From positions 9,504 through 73,503 of the forward strand of contig JAPLLW010000011.1 in assembly GCA_026387355.1 (NCBI GenBank): a DNA stretch of 64,000 nt, written 5' to 3'. Below the pieces are notes generated by a model. That model was given only the letters and a program-made list of their open reading frames with translations. It had not been told where the DNA came from and ran no database searches. The DNA is from Candidatus Omnitrophota bacterium. GTDB taxonomy: Bacteria; Omnitrophota; Gorgyraeia; Gygaellales; Profunditerraquicolaceae. The position numbers and the translations under genes were made by a program. Positions within the stretch are counted from its first letter, which is position 1; every line of letters begins with the position of its first letter. Of this stretch, positions 55,198-64,000 are shown in pieces.

Positions 55198-55938
55198 TTA
55201 TTCCGGTAGAAAATATTTGGCTAAAGCCATAAAAAGAATACCAAATAAGAACGCAACAAACGCAAACGTTGCGCGTTTTTGGTTACTTTCTTTGTGTATC
55301 TCGGGGATAAGATCAGATGTAGCTATGTATATAAAGCCTCCTGCAGTTAAAGGCATGATGAAATTAGTAAAATTATGAACATAACTAGAGATAAAATATC
55401 CTATCAAAGCGCCAATTACCGCTGTTAATGCTGTTAGGAAATTACAAAGAAGAGCCTTTTTACGGGTAAACCCCCCATAAACCAATACTCCAAAATCTCC
55501 AAGTTCCTGAGGTATTTCGTGTAATATTATGGCTATTGTAGTAGCCACACCGACATTAAAAGAGACAATAAAGCTGACCGAAATAACAATTCCATCAAGA
55601 AAATTATGGAATGCATCTCCTACAAGGTTAAGATAAGTAAAGGCGTGAATACGACAATTCTCTTCATGGCAGTGGCGCCAATGAAGAAACCTTTCCATTA
55701 AGAAGAACACTATTATCCCGAGTATGGTGAAGTAGAATACGGTTGTAGTATTGGTTTTTTCTATAGCTTCAGGCAGGATATGCAAAAATGCGCCTCCAAT
55801 AAGCGCACCGGCTGAGAATCCAAGGAGATAAAAAATAATCTTGTGCAATAAATTATTTTTTATCGCTAAAGTTACAACGCCAATCAGCGAGATAACGCTG
55901 ACTAATAATGTACTCGTAAGGATCCAAATCAAAACCAT
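55198..55938 (-). CDS. zupT: ZIP-family metal (Zn/Fe) transporter
   Basis: HNFLDGIVISVSF and HEIPQELGDFGVL motifs. Confidence 0.8.
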   Translation of the reverse strand: MVLIWILTSTLLVSVISLIGVVTLAIKNNLLHKIIFYLLGFSAGALIGGAFLHILPEAIEKTNTTTVFYFTILGIIVFFLMERFLHWRHCHEENCRIHAFTYLNLVGDAFHNFLDGIVISVSFIVSFNVGVATTIAIILHEIPQELGDFGVLVYGGFTRKKALLCNFLTALTAVIGALIGYFISSYVHNFTNFIMPLTAGGFIYIATSDLIPEIHKESNQKRATFAFVAFLFGILFMALAKYFLPE

Positions 55939-56025
55939 AATTAAATTTCTTCTACTACTTAACCTAGGTTAGGCTTTCTTCCGTGGTTCGCTTTCTTAGT
56001 GCGCCAGTTAAGTTTGCCTCTACGT

Positions 56026-56718
56026 TTACGCTTTCCCATTTTTATCTCCCTTGTAATAACTTGCTGGTACGTTTTGCACAATATATTTAACTGCTTCAAT
56101 AATACATTTATGAATCGCCTGTTCTATAGGGGTATTGACATAGGCAGAAATCCCCTCTTTTAGTGAATCCCTATTGCGAGGCTTCTTCCTTATGGCGCTT
56201 TCCGTTTCGGTAGCCTGACCAGTGATGCGCTCTGAAGCTAAGACCTTTGATGACAGAGTATCAACAATGCGGATATTTATTGCTATGTACGGCTTATTAA
56301 CGCCTGTGCCCAGAAGGCTACCAAGCGTCCCGCTCCCAGCGCTCCCGCCGCCACCTATACCAAGACTCCCGCCGGATGTGCGCGGCTCAAAATTTATTAC
56401 TTCAGTTGCAATAATAATCGATTTAATCGGCTTTTCAATCTCTTCCTTAGTTGCAGAGACTACCAGAAAACGGTTGGTCTTATTAAGCCCGGCTATCAAC
56501 ATATCCCGTAAATCCGAGCCAACATCAGTAGTGGCCTTAGCCGCTTTAATTTCGAAATCAGCTACCATTACCTCTACCTTAGGTCCGGAATAAGGGGGAA
56601 AGAAAGTCTGACCGATAAATCTATCTACAAATTGAACAGGCTTATTTATTAATACACAACCCGTTGCTCCAAGTATTATGAATACGCAACCGATTATAAA
56701 TAGAAAATTAGCTTTCAT
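56026..56718 (-). CDS. CsgG-like outer-membrane lipoprotein (tentative)
   Basis: Lipobox-like ATGC. …KVEVMVADFEIKAAK…LRDMLIAGLNKTNRFLVV resembles the CsgG-family N-terminal motif. Gly-rich loop. Confidence 0.45.
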   Translation of the reverse strand: MKANFLFIIGCVFIILGATGCVLINKPVQFVDRFIGQTFFPPYSGPKVEVMVADFEIKAAKATTDVGSDLRDMLIAGLNKTNRFLVVSATKEEIEKPIKSIIIATEVINFEPRTSGGSLGIGGGGSAGSGTLGSLLGTGVNKPYIAINIRIVDTLSSKVLASERITGQATETESAIRKKPRNRDSLKEGISAYVNTPIEQAIHKCIIEAVKYIVQNVPASYYKGDKNGKA

Positions 56719-56727
56719 TAAGTTAAA

Positions 56728-56751
56728 GGCAGGGAGTTCTTAAGCCCTGCC
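56728..56751 (-). terminator. hairpin GGCAGGG-N9-CCCTGCC after gene 56783-57268 (weak U-tract)
   Basis: Seen directly. Confidence 0.35.
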
Positions 56752-56782
56752 ATATATACTTTATTTTATATACGCCGAACTA

Positions 56783-57268
56783 CTAATTGGCTAAAGAAGG
56801 TGCAGCAGCAGGCTCTGGTTGTGAAGAGGTGCTCTGATCTGCCTGAGCCTCTTCAACTGTTATTTTATCTTCTCCTGGCCCAGTGGGTGTGGTTGAATCT
56901 TCGGCTTTTTCTTTACTTATGTTTTTGGCAGTATTCTTGGAATCGCTAACTATAAAATCAACGCTTAAAGTATCTTTTAGCTGAATATCCTGCAGAGACT
57001 TAACATTTTCATATGCAGTTGAGTCGTCTACAACTAAAACTAGGTCTTTTTCCTGATCAGTATCAAAATCAAGATATTTAATAGTCAGGGTTTTATTCTG
57101 TGGATCCAAACTTACCACTTCTCCCCAACGCCATTGCGTATCTGTATCGCTGCCTACCTGGGAAGTTTGCTGAACAGGCCCATCCTCAGTTAAGCCTAAG
57201 GTTAAATTAGTACTCGCGAATATTAATAAAGATAAAGCCACGAGAATTATATATACTCTAATCTTCAT
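56783..57268 (-). CDS. secreted acidic low-complexity protein
   Basis: Signal peptide. D/E/T/S/Q-rich. Confidence 0.4.
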   Translation of the reverse strand: MKIRVYIILVALSLLIFASTNLTLGLTEDGPVQQTSQVGSDTDTQWRWGEVVSLDPQNKTLTIKYLDFDTDQEKDLVLVVDDSTAYENVKSLQDIQLKDTLSVDFIVSDSKNTAKNISKEKAEDSTTPTGPGEDKITVEEAQADQSTSSQPEPAAAPSLAN

Positions 57269-57350
57269 CTAAACCCTCCTTTTATGGTTTTACTTTACCA
57301 CAAAAGAGAGCTTTTGTCAATAAAATGAGCCTATCGGATATTTATTTCAA

Positions 57351-57395
57351 AATAAAAAAGGGCTGGCTTACGCTACAAAAGCCAACCCTCTTTCT
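57351..57395. terminator. bidirectional terminator (GGGCTGGCTT…AAGCCAACCC flanked by A- and T-runs)
   Basis: Seen directly. 9/10 bp stem. Confidence 0.5.
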
Positions 57396-57411
57396 TAAAT
57401 CTCAAGCTTTA

Positions 57412-57612
57412 TTATTCTTTAGCTATAGCTAAGGTAATTACACCGGCTAAAATAAAGAACAGGCCAATACAGCCCTTGATAATCATAAAAAGCAACTTGT
57501 ACCATCTTAGGATCGCAAAGACGCCTATTCCTAAGAAAGCTAAACCCAAGATAACTTTAAGCAAAGCGGCAACTCCTTTTTTTGCATCTGCTTTCTTTAC
57601 CTCTTCTGCCAT
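57412..57612 (-). CDS. 66-aa two-TM small membrane protein
   Basis: Hydrophobicity only. Confidence 0.4.
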   Translation of the reverse strand: MAEEVKKADAKKGVAALLKVILGLAFLGIGVFAILRWYKLLFMIIKGCIGLFFILAGVITLAIAKE

Positions 57613-57625
57613 CTCACACCTCCTT

Positions 57626-58537
57626 TTAGTTCGGTTTACTCTTCCATCTGCGGTGAATCCATCCCCATTCCGCAGGATATTTACGAATATATTCTTCTAT
57701 GATGCTGGTTAATTTCTGAATATTTATAAGAACCATTTCCTGCGCATCTTTACCCTCCTCCAGCTTTAGAGAAGGCTCAAAAATAATCTTATACATATTG
57801 TCGCCATGCCTAACAATAAAACAAGGCAAAAGCGAAGCGCCGGTACGCTGAGCAAGAATTACCGGACCGGTTGCTGTAGCAGCCTGTCTACCGAAGAAAT
57901 TTACAAACACACCCCCCGTACCAAAATTCTGGTCTATGGGAATAAAAACCAACTCGTTATTACGTAAAGCTTTTATAGTGTTATTCACGCATACATTGCG
58001 CGGCTGGCTATATATTGTTTTTACCCCAAATTTTTCTCGCTTCTCAAAAAAAATCTTCTCAACCCGAGAATCTCTCATCGGACGCATAATTCCACCCGCC
58101 TTATAACCTTCGAGTGCCAACCTTCCCAATAAAAGCGGGAAATTACCAAAATGCGCGCTAATTAATATTACTCCGTGCCCATTAGCTAAAGCACGGTCTA
58201 AATTCTCTCTACCCTCTATTACCACGCGCTCTTTTACCAGCTTAGGCCTGTCCATAAGAAACATTAACTCCACCGCTGACTTTGCTATATAAGTAAAACA
58301 GTCGCGGGCAATATCCTCTAACTCTTGCTGGGACTTCTCTTTACCAAAAGCAATACTTAAGCTTTCTAAAGCAATCTTACGCTGCTTTCCGGCAAAACGA
58401 TACGCCAAGGAACCTATCCCCTGGGCAAAACCATACAAAAACTGTGTCGGAATAAGCTTAATTATCAAAGAACAGAGGATTAAACCTAGCCATCCTGCGA
58501 AACGACCAATACTTTTACGTATTTTTTTAAAATCCAT
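57626..58537 (-). CDS. lipid A biosynthesis (Kdo2-lipid IVA) acyltransferase, LpxL/HtrB family
   Basis: N-terminal TM. AHFGNFP (HX4D-like) motif. About 300 aa. Confidence 0.75.
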   Translation of the reverse strand: MDFKKIRKSIGRFAGWLGLILCSLIIKLIPTQFLYGFAQGIGSLAYRFAGKQRKIALESLSIAFGKEKSQQELEDIARDCFTYIAKSAVELMFLMDRPKLVKERVVIEGRENLDRALANGHGVILISAHFGNFPLLLGRLALEGYKAGGIMRPMRDSRVEKIFFEKREKFGVKTIYSQPRNVCVNNTIKALRNNELVFIPIDQNFGTGGVFVNFFGRQAATATGPVILAQRTGASLLPCFIVRHGDNMYKIIFEPSLKLEEGKDAQEMVLINIQKLTSIIEEYIRKYPAEWGWIHRRWKSKPN

Positions 58538-58588
58538 TATAACCTGTGAAAATAATTATAGCAATTTGGGTTTAATTTACAAGATAAA

Positions 58589-59074
58589 TTATAGCTTATA
58601 TCCGATTTTACGCAAGAATTCTTTACGCCAGATAAGATCGGCTTCATCTTCAACGCCTTTTGGCCGAGCACCGTCAATTACACCCAATATTCCGTTACCT
58701 TGCTCTGTCTGAACCACAACAACCTTAAGCAAATTAGCAGTTGCGCAGTATATATTACATACCTCTGGGATATTCTTAATGGCATTGAGAATATTTATCG
58801 GAAAGGCATTACGCATACAGATTACAAAACTATGCCCCGCGCTTATTTCAAGGCAATTATCCACAGCTACTTTTTTAAGCTCAGGATCATTACCCTCAAC
58901 CCTCACCTTACAGGCGCCGCTAGCCTCCGCAAAAGCTATGCCAAATTTTATACCAGGGACATTATTTACTAAAACTTCATAGATATCTTCTACGCTTTTA
59001 ATAAAATGGCTCTGCCCTAAAATTAGATTAACATCTTCTGGTTTTTTTATCTCGATCAGTTTTAACTCTAACAT
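58589..59074 (-). CDS. adenosine-specific-kinase-family (PF04008/DUF355-like) protein, tentative
   Basis: 161 aa. …GHSFVICMRNAFPINILNAIKNIPEV… resembles that family. Low certainty. Confidence 0.35.
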   Translation of the reverse strand: MLELKLIEIKKPEDVNLILGQSHFIKSVEDIYEVLVNNVPGIKFGIAFAEASGACKVRVEGNDPELKKVAVDNCLEISAGHSFVICMRNAFPINILNAIKNIPEVCNIYCATANLLKVVVVQTEQGNGILGVIDGARPKGVEDEADLIWRKEFLRKIGYKL

Positions 59075-59088
59075 CAGATCCTCCCGCT

Positions 59089-60483
59089 TTATTTTATAAC
59101 GATCTCCCTAAATCCAGTTGCATCTACAGGAAGCCTTCCACTATAAGCCTTTAGCGAAGTAAGTATTAAGCCAGGGTCACCTAATAAGGTAAGCGGGATA
59201 TGCACAACTACTTCCTCGGAATCCGTGTCCAAAAGAAACCCTACCGGTGATGCTACTTTCTTTTTCCCGTCATAAATTCTGTGCTTCTTACCTTTAATAA
59301 GAATGCGTATTTTAGGCATAGAGGAAAATGGGACTTTATCATTATAACCAAAGACATAAAGCATAAAGCTTAAGCCCTTGATTGACTTCTTAGTTTTATC
59401 AACACGTATAACTAAACAATGATCCACAATAGCATAGCCTACTTCACCCTGACCCTCTATGAAGCTATCACGAGAAAGCATCCCCTCATCTTCCGAATCT
59501 TCAAAGATACGCGTAGAACCGAAGAACTCCGGAGCTTTTTCTTTCAAAGAAGCCTGCCTGGCTAATTCAATCTGCGGATAGTTACCGAATAATTCATTTT
59601 TGCGGGCAAAGGCTAAAAGATAAAAAGCATGCGAAGCAGTCTGACTTCTATAGCAGAGTATTGCCTGATGCTTTTTCTCTAACTCCTCTGGGGTTAAATT
59701 GGATTTTAACCAGCTCGCCTGGGAATCTAGAAAGTTTTTCGGAGGCACTAAATCTAGTTCGGGATGATAATGTCGCGGTTTGGGCCAACCCACGCAATGT
59801 ATCAAATAAGGATAAACCTTTACAGGAGAAATCTGCTTATTTAAATCGAGTAAAGCCACTCTTAAAAAAAGATAGAATGTTTTATGATCTAAGTTTACAT
59901 CGGCAGGATGAGAGACAAGAATCTTGGTAGGCTTATAATCAAGGAGGATCTTTTTTAAATCATTCAGAATACTCTCTCCGACGTAAGGTGAACCGAAAGA
60001 TAAATCATTCTTATAAGGAACGCTGGATGTGCGTGTAAGTAAATTCCTAAATGGCTTATCTGTCTGCCAAAATTGACTAAATATCGTAAATGTTCCAAAA
60101 TCTGGATACCCAAGAAAGATAAGATCCCGCTCATTTAAGCCTAATAACTTCATGGCATTAATCGCTTCTTTGCAACGTAGCTGCCCCATGTGAAGAAACT
60201 CTCCTTTTCTAAAGGTGAGCCTTTTTTCATATACGATAAATGCTAACTCATTGTGATCACTATTAGTTAAATAAACTATCTTTACTTGAGCGCCTGCTGA
60301 AAGTGCATGTTGGATCACACCGGCTCCCCCTATAGCCTCATCGTCCGGATGAGGAGCTAATATAAGGATGCGGTCGGTTTTCTGGAAAGCTTCTATATCC
60401 GGAATATCTTGAGCATAAATAGATACTCTTGCCAGGATAATTGCAAGAAATGTTAATAATAAAGCTGGATATTTCTTTAGCAT
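59089..60483 (-). CDS. exported PIG-L/LmbE-family N-deacetylase with an extra ~230-aa C-terminal domain
   Basis: Signal peptide. ILAPHPDDEAIGGAG (PIG-L zinc motif). Confidence 0.7.
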   Translation of the reverse strand: MLKKYPALLLTFLAIILARVSIYAQDIPDIEAFQKTDRILILAPHPDDEAIGGAGVIQHALSAGAQVKIVYLTNSDHNELAFIVYEKRLTFRKGEFLHMGQLRCKEAINAMKLLGLNERDLIFLGYPDFGTFTIFSQFWQTDKPFRNLLTRTSSVPYKNDLSFGSPYVGESILNDLKKILLDYKPTKILVSHPADVNLDHKTFYLFLRVALLDLNKQISPVKVYPYLIHCVGWPKPRHYHPELDLVPPKNFLDSQASWLKSNLTPEELEKKHQAILCYRSQTASHAFYLLAFARKNELFGNYPQIELARQASLKEKAPEFFGSTRIFEDSEDEGMLSRDSFIEGQGEVGYAIVDHCLVIRVDKTKKSIKGLSFMLYVFGYNDKVPFSSMPKIRILIKGKKHRIYDGKKKVASPVGFLLDTDSEEVVVHIPLTLLGDPGLILTSLKAYSGRLPVDATGFREIVIK

Positions 60484-60537
60484 ATTTTTATTTTATCACA
60501 CGATCTTAATTCTGCCGATATTATATCTTGTCTTACA

Positions 60538-62580
60538 CTATTGCAAATACTCCAAAGGATCTTGAGGGATATTGTTTTTTTCTATTTCAAAATGTAAATG
60601 GGATTGCATATCCTTATAGTTGGCATTCCCGGTCTTCCCTACCGCACCAATGACATCACCCTGACGGACAATCTTGTTTTTTGTAACCAGAATCTGTGAG
60701 AGGTGCCCATATATAGTTACTAAGCTTGGGCTATGCCTAATAATAATATATTTGCCCATACCGCGGTTCCTATTGGCCTGAATGACTATTCCTGAACGCA
60801 CGGCTAAAACCGGTGTGCCTATCTTGGCAAAAAGGTCTATCCCCTCATGCATACGCCTACCGCTACGATTAGTGCCGAAAAATCCATCCCCCCTGGCATC
60901 AGAACGGATAATTAAGTCGCCGCTATAATTTATCGGAGAAATAAAATAATATTTATCCGCAAAATAAAAGACAAAAGCGGAATAGATTGTTAAGATTAAT
61001 AAAAAGACTAACAATACCTTCTTTGCCAAATTCTTATGTAAAGCAAAGATAAATAAATACAATAAACAGAGTAAACATATAACAATTAGGAAATCTCCGT
61101 GATTACTATAAAAAGATGCTTGTCCGCGAATAAAGATATTTTGGGTTTTAAACCCCGGGACAAATATCAGATTTCCAAACTCATCGTGCACCGAAGAAAT
61201 TATCCTGCCTTGAGGATTAATAAATCCAGAGATCCCTGTATTGGCAGAGCGCACCAGATACACCCTATTCTCAACCGCACGAAATACCGAACCTGCCAGA
61301 TGTTGAGATGCTTCAGTGGTCTTGCCAAACCAAGCATCATTAGTGATGTTGATTAAGAAATCTGCACCCTTATTCACGAAATTTCTAGCTAAATTAGGAA
61401 AAACATCCTCAAAACAAATCAATGTTCCGAATTGAAAATATCTACCTGATAAATAAACTTGTCTTCCGGAGTTTAAAACCGGGGCCGCTATCTTCTGGCT
61501 ACGAATTTTAAATAATGTATAGTATTTCCCTCTTGTAATATCGCCTATAGGAGCAATTGTATCTAAAAACTTTAAGATATTCCTAAAAGGTATGTACTCA
61601 CCAAAAGGGACAAGATGCAACTTATCATACCTTCCCAATAAAATACCTTCTCCTGAAGCCATAAGCGCACTATTATAATAAGAGTCTAGTCGACAAGTAA
61701 CCGCTCCAAATACTAAGGGCTTGCCTATTGTTTTAATAAACCGGCTTAACTTCCCATAGTAAACAGGTTCCTCCTCAGGAATGACCGGAAACGAAGCCTC
61801 TGGCCAGATAATTAAATCCGGATTATCCTTTCTTGCTTCAACAGTTAATTTAAAATACCTCTCCATAATAAATTCCCTGGAGCTCTCCTCCCACTTACGT
61901 TCCTGGGGGATATTCCCTTGGATAACAGATATTTTTAACGGAATTCCTGACAAGCCCTGATTCAACCTTAGGTATCCATAAGCAAAAACAGCTACTAGTA
62001 GAACAATAATTAAAGACGAATACAGTTTGCGCTTGCCTAAAATCATCTCCTGGATAACTACATTAATCAGCACTACCAAAAATGATACCAACCATACCCC
62101 TGCAATATCCGCAATCTGAATAAGTGTCAAATTAAGATACTGCGAATAGCCTAATAAAGCCCAGGGGAAACCGGAAAAAAGATGGCTGCGCAAATACTCC
62201 AGCATAACCCAGAGAGTTGGTATAAAAAGTATGCGCAGTTTAATTGATGGTCTGGATATTAGAAACCCGAAAACCCCGAAGTAACAGGCGAGATAAAAAA
62301 TCAAAATAATCTGACCTAATAATGTTACATGAATTAACCAGTATAAAGTAGCTGTCCAAAATATAACTCCTGCAAGATAAGAAATAAGAAACGCTTTTTT
62401 TCCGCTTTGATACTTCAGCGCAAAAAATAAAGGGATAAACCCAAACCATGCCAAAATCCATAATTTTCCAAAAGAAAATGGAACGGCTAATAGGACCGCA
62501 GAAAAAATAGCTAGTATTATGCTTTTTACTATAGGTTGTTGTTGACTATAGAGTATTGGCGCTTTCATTTTCCGCAACAT
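60538..62580 (-). CDS. lnt: apolipoprotein N-acyltransferase fused through two extra TM helices to a C-terminal M23 (LytM-type) metallopeptidase domain
   Basis: Lnt: TM-rich N-terminus. CN-hydrolase catalytic Cys in TLICFE. NDAWFG. M23: HEGID (HxxxD) and HLHFE (HxH). Confidence 0.8.
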   Translation of the reverse strand: MLRKMKAPILYSQQQPIVKSIILAIFSAVLLAVPFSFGKLWILAWFGFIPLFFALKYQSGKKAFLISYLAGVIFWTATLYWLIHVTLLGQIILIFYLACYFGVFGFLISRPSIKLRILFIPTLWVMLEYLRSHLFSGFPWALLGYSQYLNLTLIQIADIAGVWLVSFLVVLINVVIQEMILGKRKLYSSLIIVLLVAVFAYGYLRLNQGLSGIPLKISVIQGNIPQERKWEESSREFIMERYFKLTVEARKDNPDLIIWPEASFPVIPEEEPVYYGKLSRFIKTIGKPLVFGAVTCRLDSYYNSALMASGEGILLGRYDKLHLVPFGEYIPFRNILKFLDTIAPIGDITRGKYYTLFKIRSQKIAAPVLNSGRQVYLSGRYFQFGTLICFEDVFPNLARNFVNKGADFLINITNDAWFGKTTEASQHLAGSVFRAVENRVYLVRSANTGISGFINPQGRIISSVHDEFGNLIFVPGFKTQNIFIRGQASFYSNHGDFLIVICLLCLLYLFIFALHKNLAKKVLLVFLLILTIYSAFVFYFADKYYFISPINYSGDLIIRSDARGDGFFGTNRSGRRMHEGIDLFAKIGTPVLAVRSGIVIQANRNRGMGKYIIIRHSPSLVTIYGHLSQILVTKNKIVRQGDVIGAVGKTGNANYKDMQSHLHFEIEKNNIPQDPLEYLQ

Positions 62581-64000
62581 TTTTTATATTTTTTACCGGA
62601 TCCGCAGGGGCAGGGATCATTTCGTCCGACTTTAGGGTGGGATAATTTTACTGTTTTAACAACTGCCTCCTGCGGAGAAGATAAATCTTGGGCGTCAAAC
62701 TTCTCTACAGGAGCCTGTAAACCGCTAACTTCAGGATGCGTTAGTTCCTGACGCACAGTACTAAATACACCCTTAAATCTTTCCGGATGCACCGACTCCA
62801 ATTTAAAGATCGCCTCAATCGCATCTTCTTCAATAGCCGCAACCATCTGACTGAACATACCAAATGCCTCACGCTTATATTCAACTAAAGGATCGCGCTG
62901 GCCATAGGCGCGTAAACCTATTCCTTCGCGCAGACTATCCATTGCATAAAGATGATCCTTCCATTTAGCATCAATAATCTGCAAGAATACCATGCGCTCA
63001 AGATGACGCATTAAATCCGTACCAAAAGACTTCTCTTTTTCTTCGTAAATCTTAAAAGCGCTACTAATTAACTCTTCTTTTAAATCTGACTTAGATAAGC
63101 TACTCATTTTCTCAGCCTCAAGCTCTATGCCAAATTTTGCCCTTACTACAGCAATAAAGCCTTGTAGATCTGGTTCAGAGCCAGTTGAGTTTTCTGCAAA
63201 ATATATACTGGTAAGATTATCAACTACTCCGTCGACTATCTCAATTATTCTCTCTTTGAGAGAAATACCCTCTAAGATTTGACGACGCTGGCCATAGATT
63301 ATTTCTCTCTGTTTATTCATTACATTATCGTATTCCAGGAGTTGTTTTCTAATCTCAAAGTTATGCTGTTCAACACGGCGCTGTGCAATCTCGATAGAGC
63401 GGCTAACCCAGGGATGCTCGATAGCCTGGCCTTCCTCTAAACCTAATTTATCCATAATACCGATAAGCCGATCAGATCCGAACAAGCGCATCAGATCATC
63501 GCCTAAAGAAACGTAGAATCTTGAAGAGCCAGGGTCACCCTGGCGCCCGCACCTACCGCGCAACTGATTATCAATCCTGCGCGCCTCATGCCGTTCAGTC
63601 CCTAAAACATGCAAACCTCCTAAGCCTACTACTTTTTCATGTTCTGTGCTAGTCTCGCTCTTATATTTATCAAACAGCTTATGATATTCTGCTTGATAAT
63701 TCGGATCCTGCAGATCTAACTTCTGTCTAGCGACATTCTTAGACATAAACTCAGGATTACCGCCTAATAAAATATCCGTACCGCGGCCAGCCATATTTGT
63801 AGCAATGGTTATGCCTTTGTATCTACCGGCTTGAGCAACAATTTGCGCCTCTGTCTCGTGATATTTAGCATTGAGCACCTGATGCGTTATGCCCCGGCGT
63901 TTCAACATCTCAGAAAGAAGTTCTGATTTCTCTATTGAAATTGTACCTACCAAAACTGGCCTCCCGGCACTATAAAGCTCTGAGATCTCGTTTACCACAG
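62565..64000 (-). CDS. secA: preprotein translocase ATPase SecA, C-terminal ~480 aa (5' end beyond the window)
   Basis: Helical scaffold/wing domains. C-terminal zinc finger [14 protein letters not shown]. Confidence 0.9.
   Translation of the reverse strand, partial: VVNEISELYSAGRPVLVGTISIEKSELLSEMLKRRGITHQVLNAKYHETEAQIVAQAGRYKGITIATNMAGRGTDILLGGNPEFMSKNVARQKLDLQDPNYQAEYHKLFDKYKSETSTEHEKVVGLGGLHVLGTERHEARRIDNQLRGRCGRQGDPGSSRFYVSLGDDLMRLFGSDRLIGIMDKLGLEEGQAIEHPWVSRSIEIAQRRVEQHNFEIRKQLLEYDNVMNKQREIIYGQRRQILEGISLKERIIEIVDGVVDNLTSIYFAENSTGSEPDLQGFIAVVRAKFGIELEAEKMSSLSKSDLKEELISSAFKIYEEKEKSFGTDLMRHLERMVFLQIIDAKWKDHLYAMDSLREGIGLRAYGQRDPLVEYKREAFGMFSQMVAAIEEDAIEAIFKLESVHPERFKGVFSTVRQELTHPEVSGLQAPVEKFDAQDLSSPQEAVVKTVKLSHPKVGRNDPCPCGSGKKYKKCCGK

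Overview
64 kb of an AT-rich genome from a strictly anaerobic, diderm bacterium. The diderm call rests on Lnt, LpxL, a TonB-dependent receptor and CsgG/PagL-like outer-membrane proteins. Gene packing is extreme: about 95 genes sit on the minus strand and only 2 on the plus strand, and many starts and stops overlap as ATGA. I saw no transposase, integrase or CRISPR array.

Content from left to right:
- 1-2040: a partial radical SAM gene, an ICMT-type methyltransferase and three paralogous small membrane proteins.
- 2082-7154: lgt and lipid-metabolism genes (AMP-ligase, acyltransferase, alpha/beta hydrolase), then a MarR regulator.
- 7264-7335: tRNA-Phe(GAA).
- 7426-12519: hydrogenase maturation protease, a MazG-like protein, a three-domain cNMP-like/ParA-like/patatin protein, a GH1 beta-glucosidase and a peptidoglycan-binding lipoprotein.
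- 13785-22168: an energy-converting group-4 [NiFe] hydrogenase operon of 10 genes. It carries extra HydB/HydG-like (AsrAB-like) subunits, a polyferredoxin and an embedded PhoU-like gene.
- 22250-27513: housekeeping genes (YqeY, PfkB kinase, uppP, rluA-like, nadA, mnmA, cspA with a long 5' UTR).
- 28087-31605: a biotin locus (bioY, TonB-dependent receptor, birA) with a BirA-box-like palindrome.
- 31602-37879: a sulfur/Fe-S/homocysteine cluster (PurM-like, NifS, LarE-like, NIL-ferredoxin, DUF39, Nfu, cysK, Rrf2).
- 39041-47939: a large oxidative/nitrosative-stress island. It holds trxB, a glutaredoxin-like protein, a flavodiiron protein, an FNR-like reductase, a Tpx-PCD fusion, rubredoxin, ferritin, a superoxide reductase with an in-frame TGA at codon 4, hcp, a ferredoxin-domain protein and an NsrR-like Rrf2.
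- 47936-49339: three unannotated tiny Cys-containing ORFs with strong ribosome-binding sites, and an operon of a Cys-rich TM peptide, a polytopic membrane protein and an exported SOR-fold-like protein.
- 49491-51050: a PagL-like outer-membrane protein and an alpha/beta hydrolase, the only plus-strand genes.
- 51080-55176: an operon of aminotransferase, HAD hydrolase, AmmeMemoRadiSam-type radical SAM and PP-loop ATPase.
- 55198-64000: ZIP transporter and envelope genes (CsgG-like, LpxL-like, a LmbE deacetylase with an extra domain, an Lnt-M23 peptidase fusion), then the partial secA.

Every functional call comes from motif reading by eye. No database search was possible.
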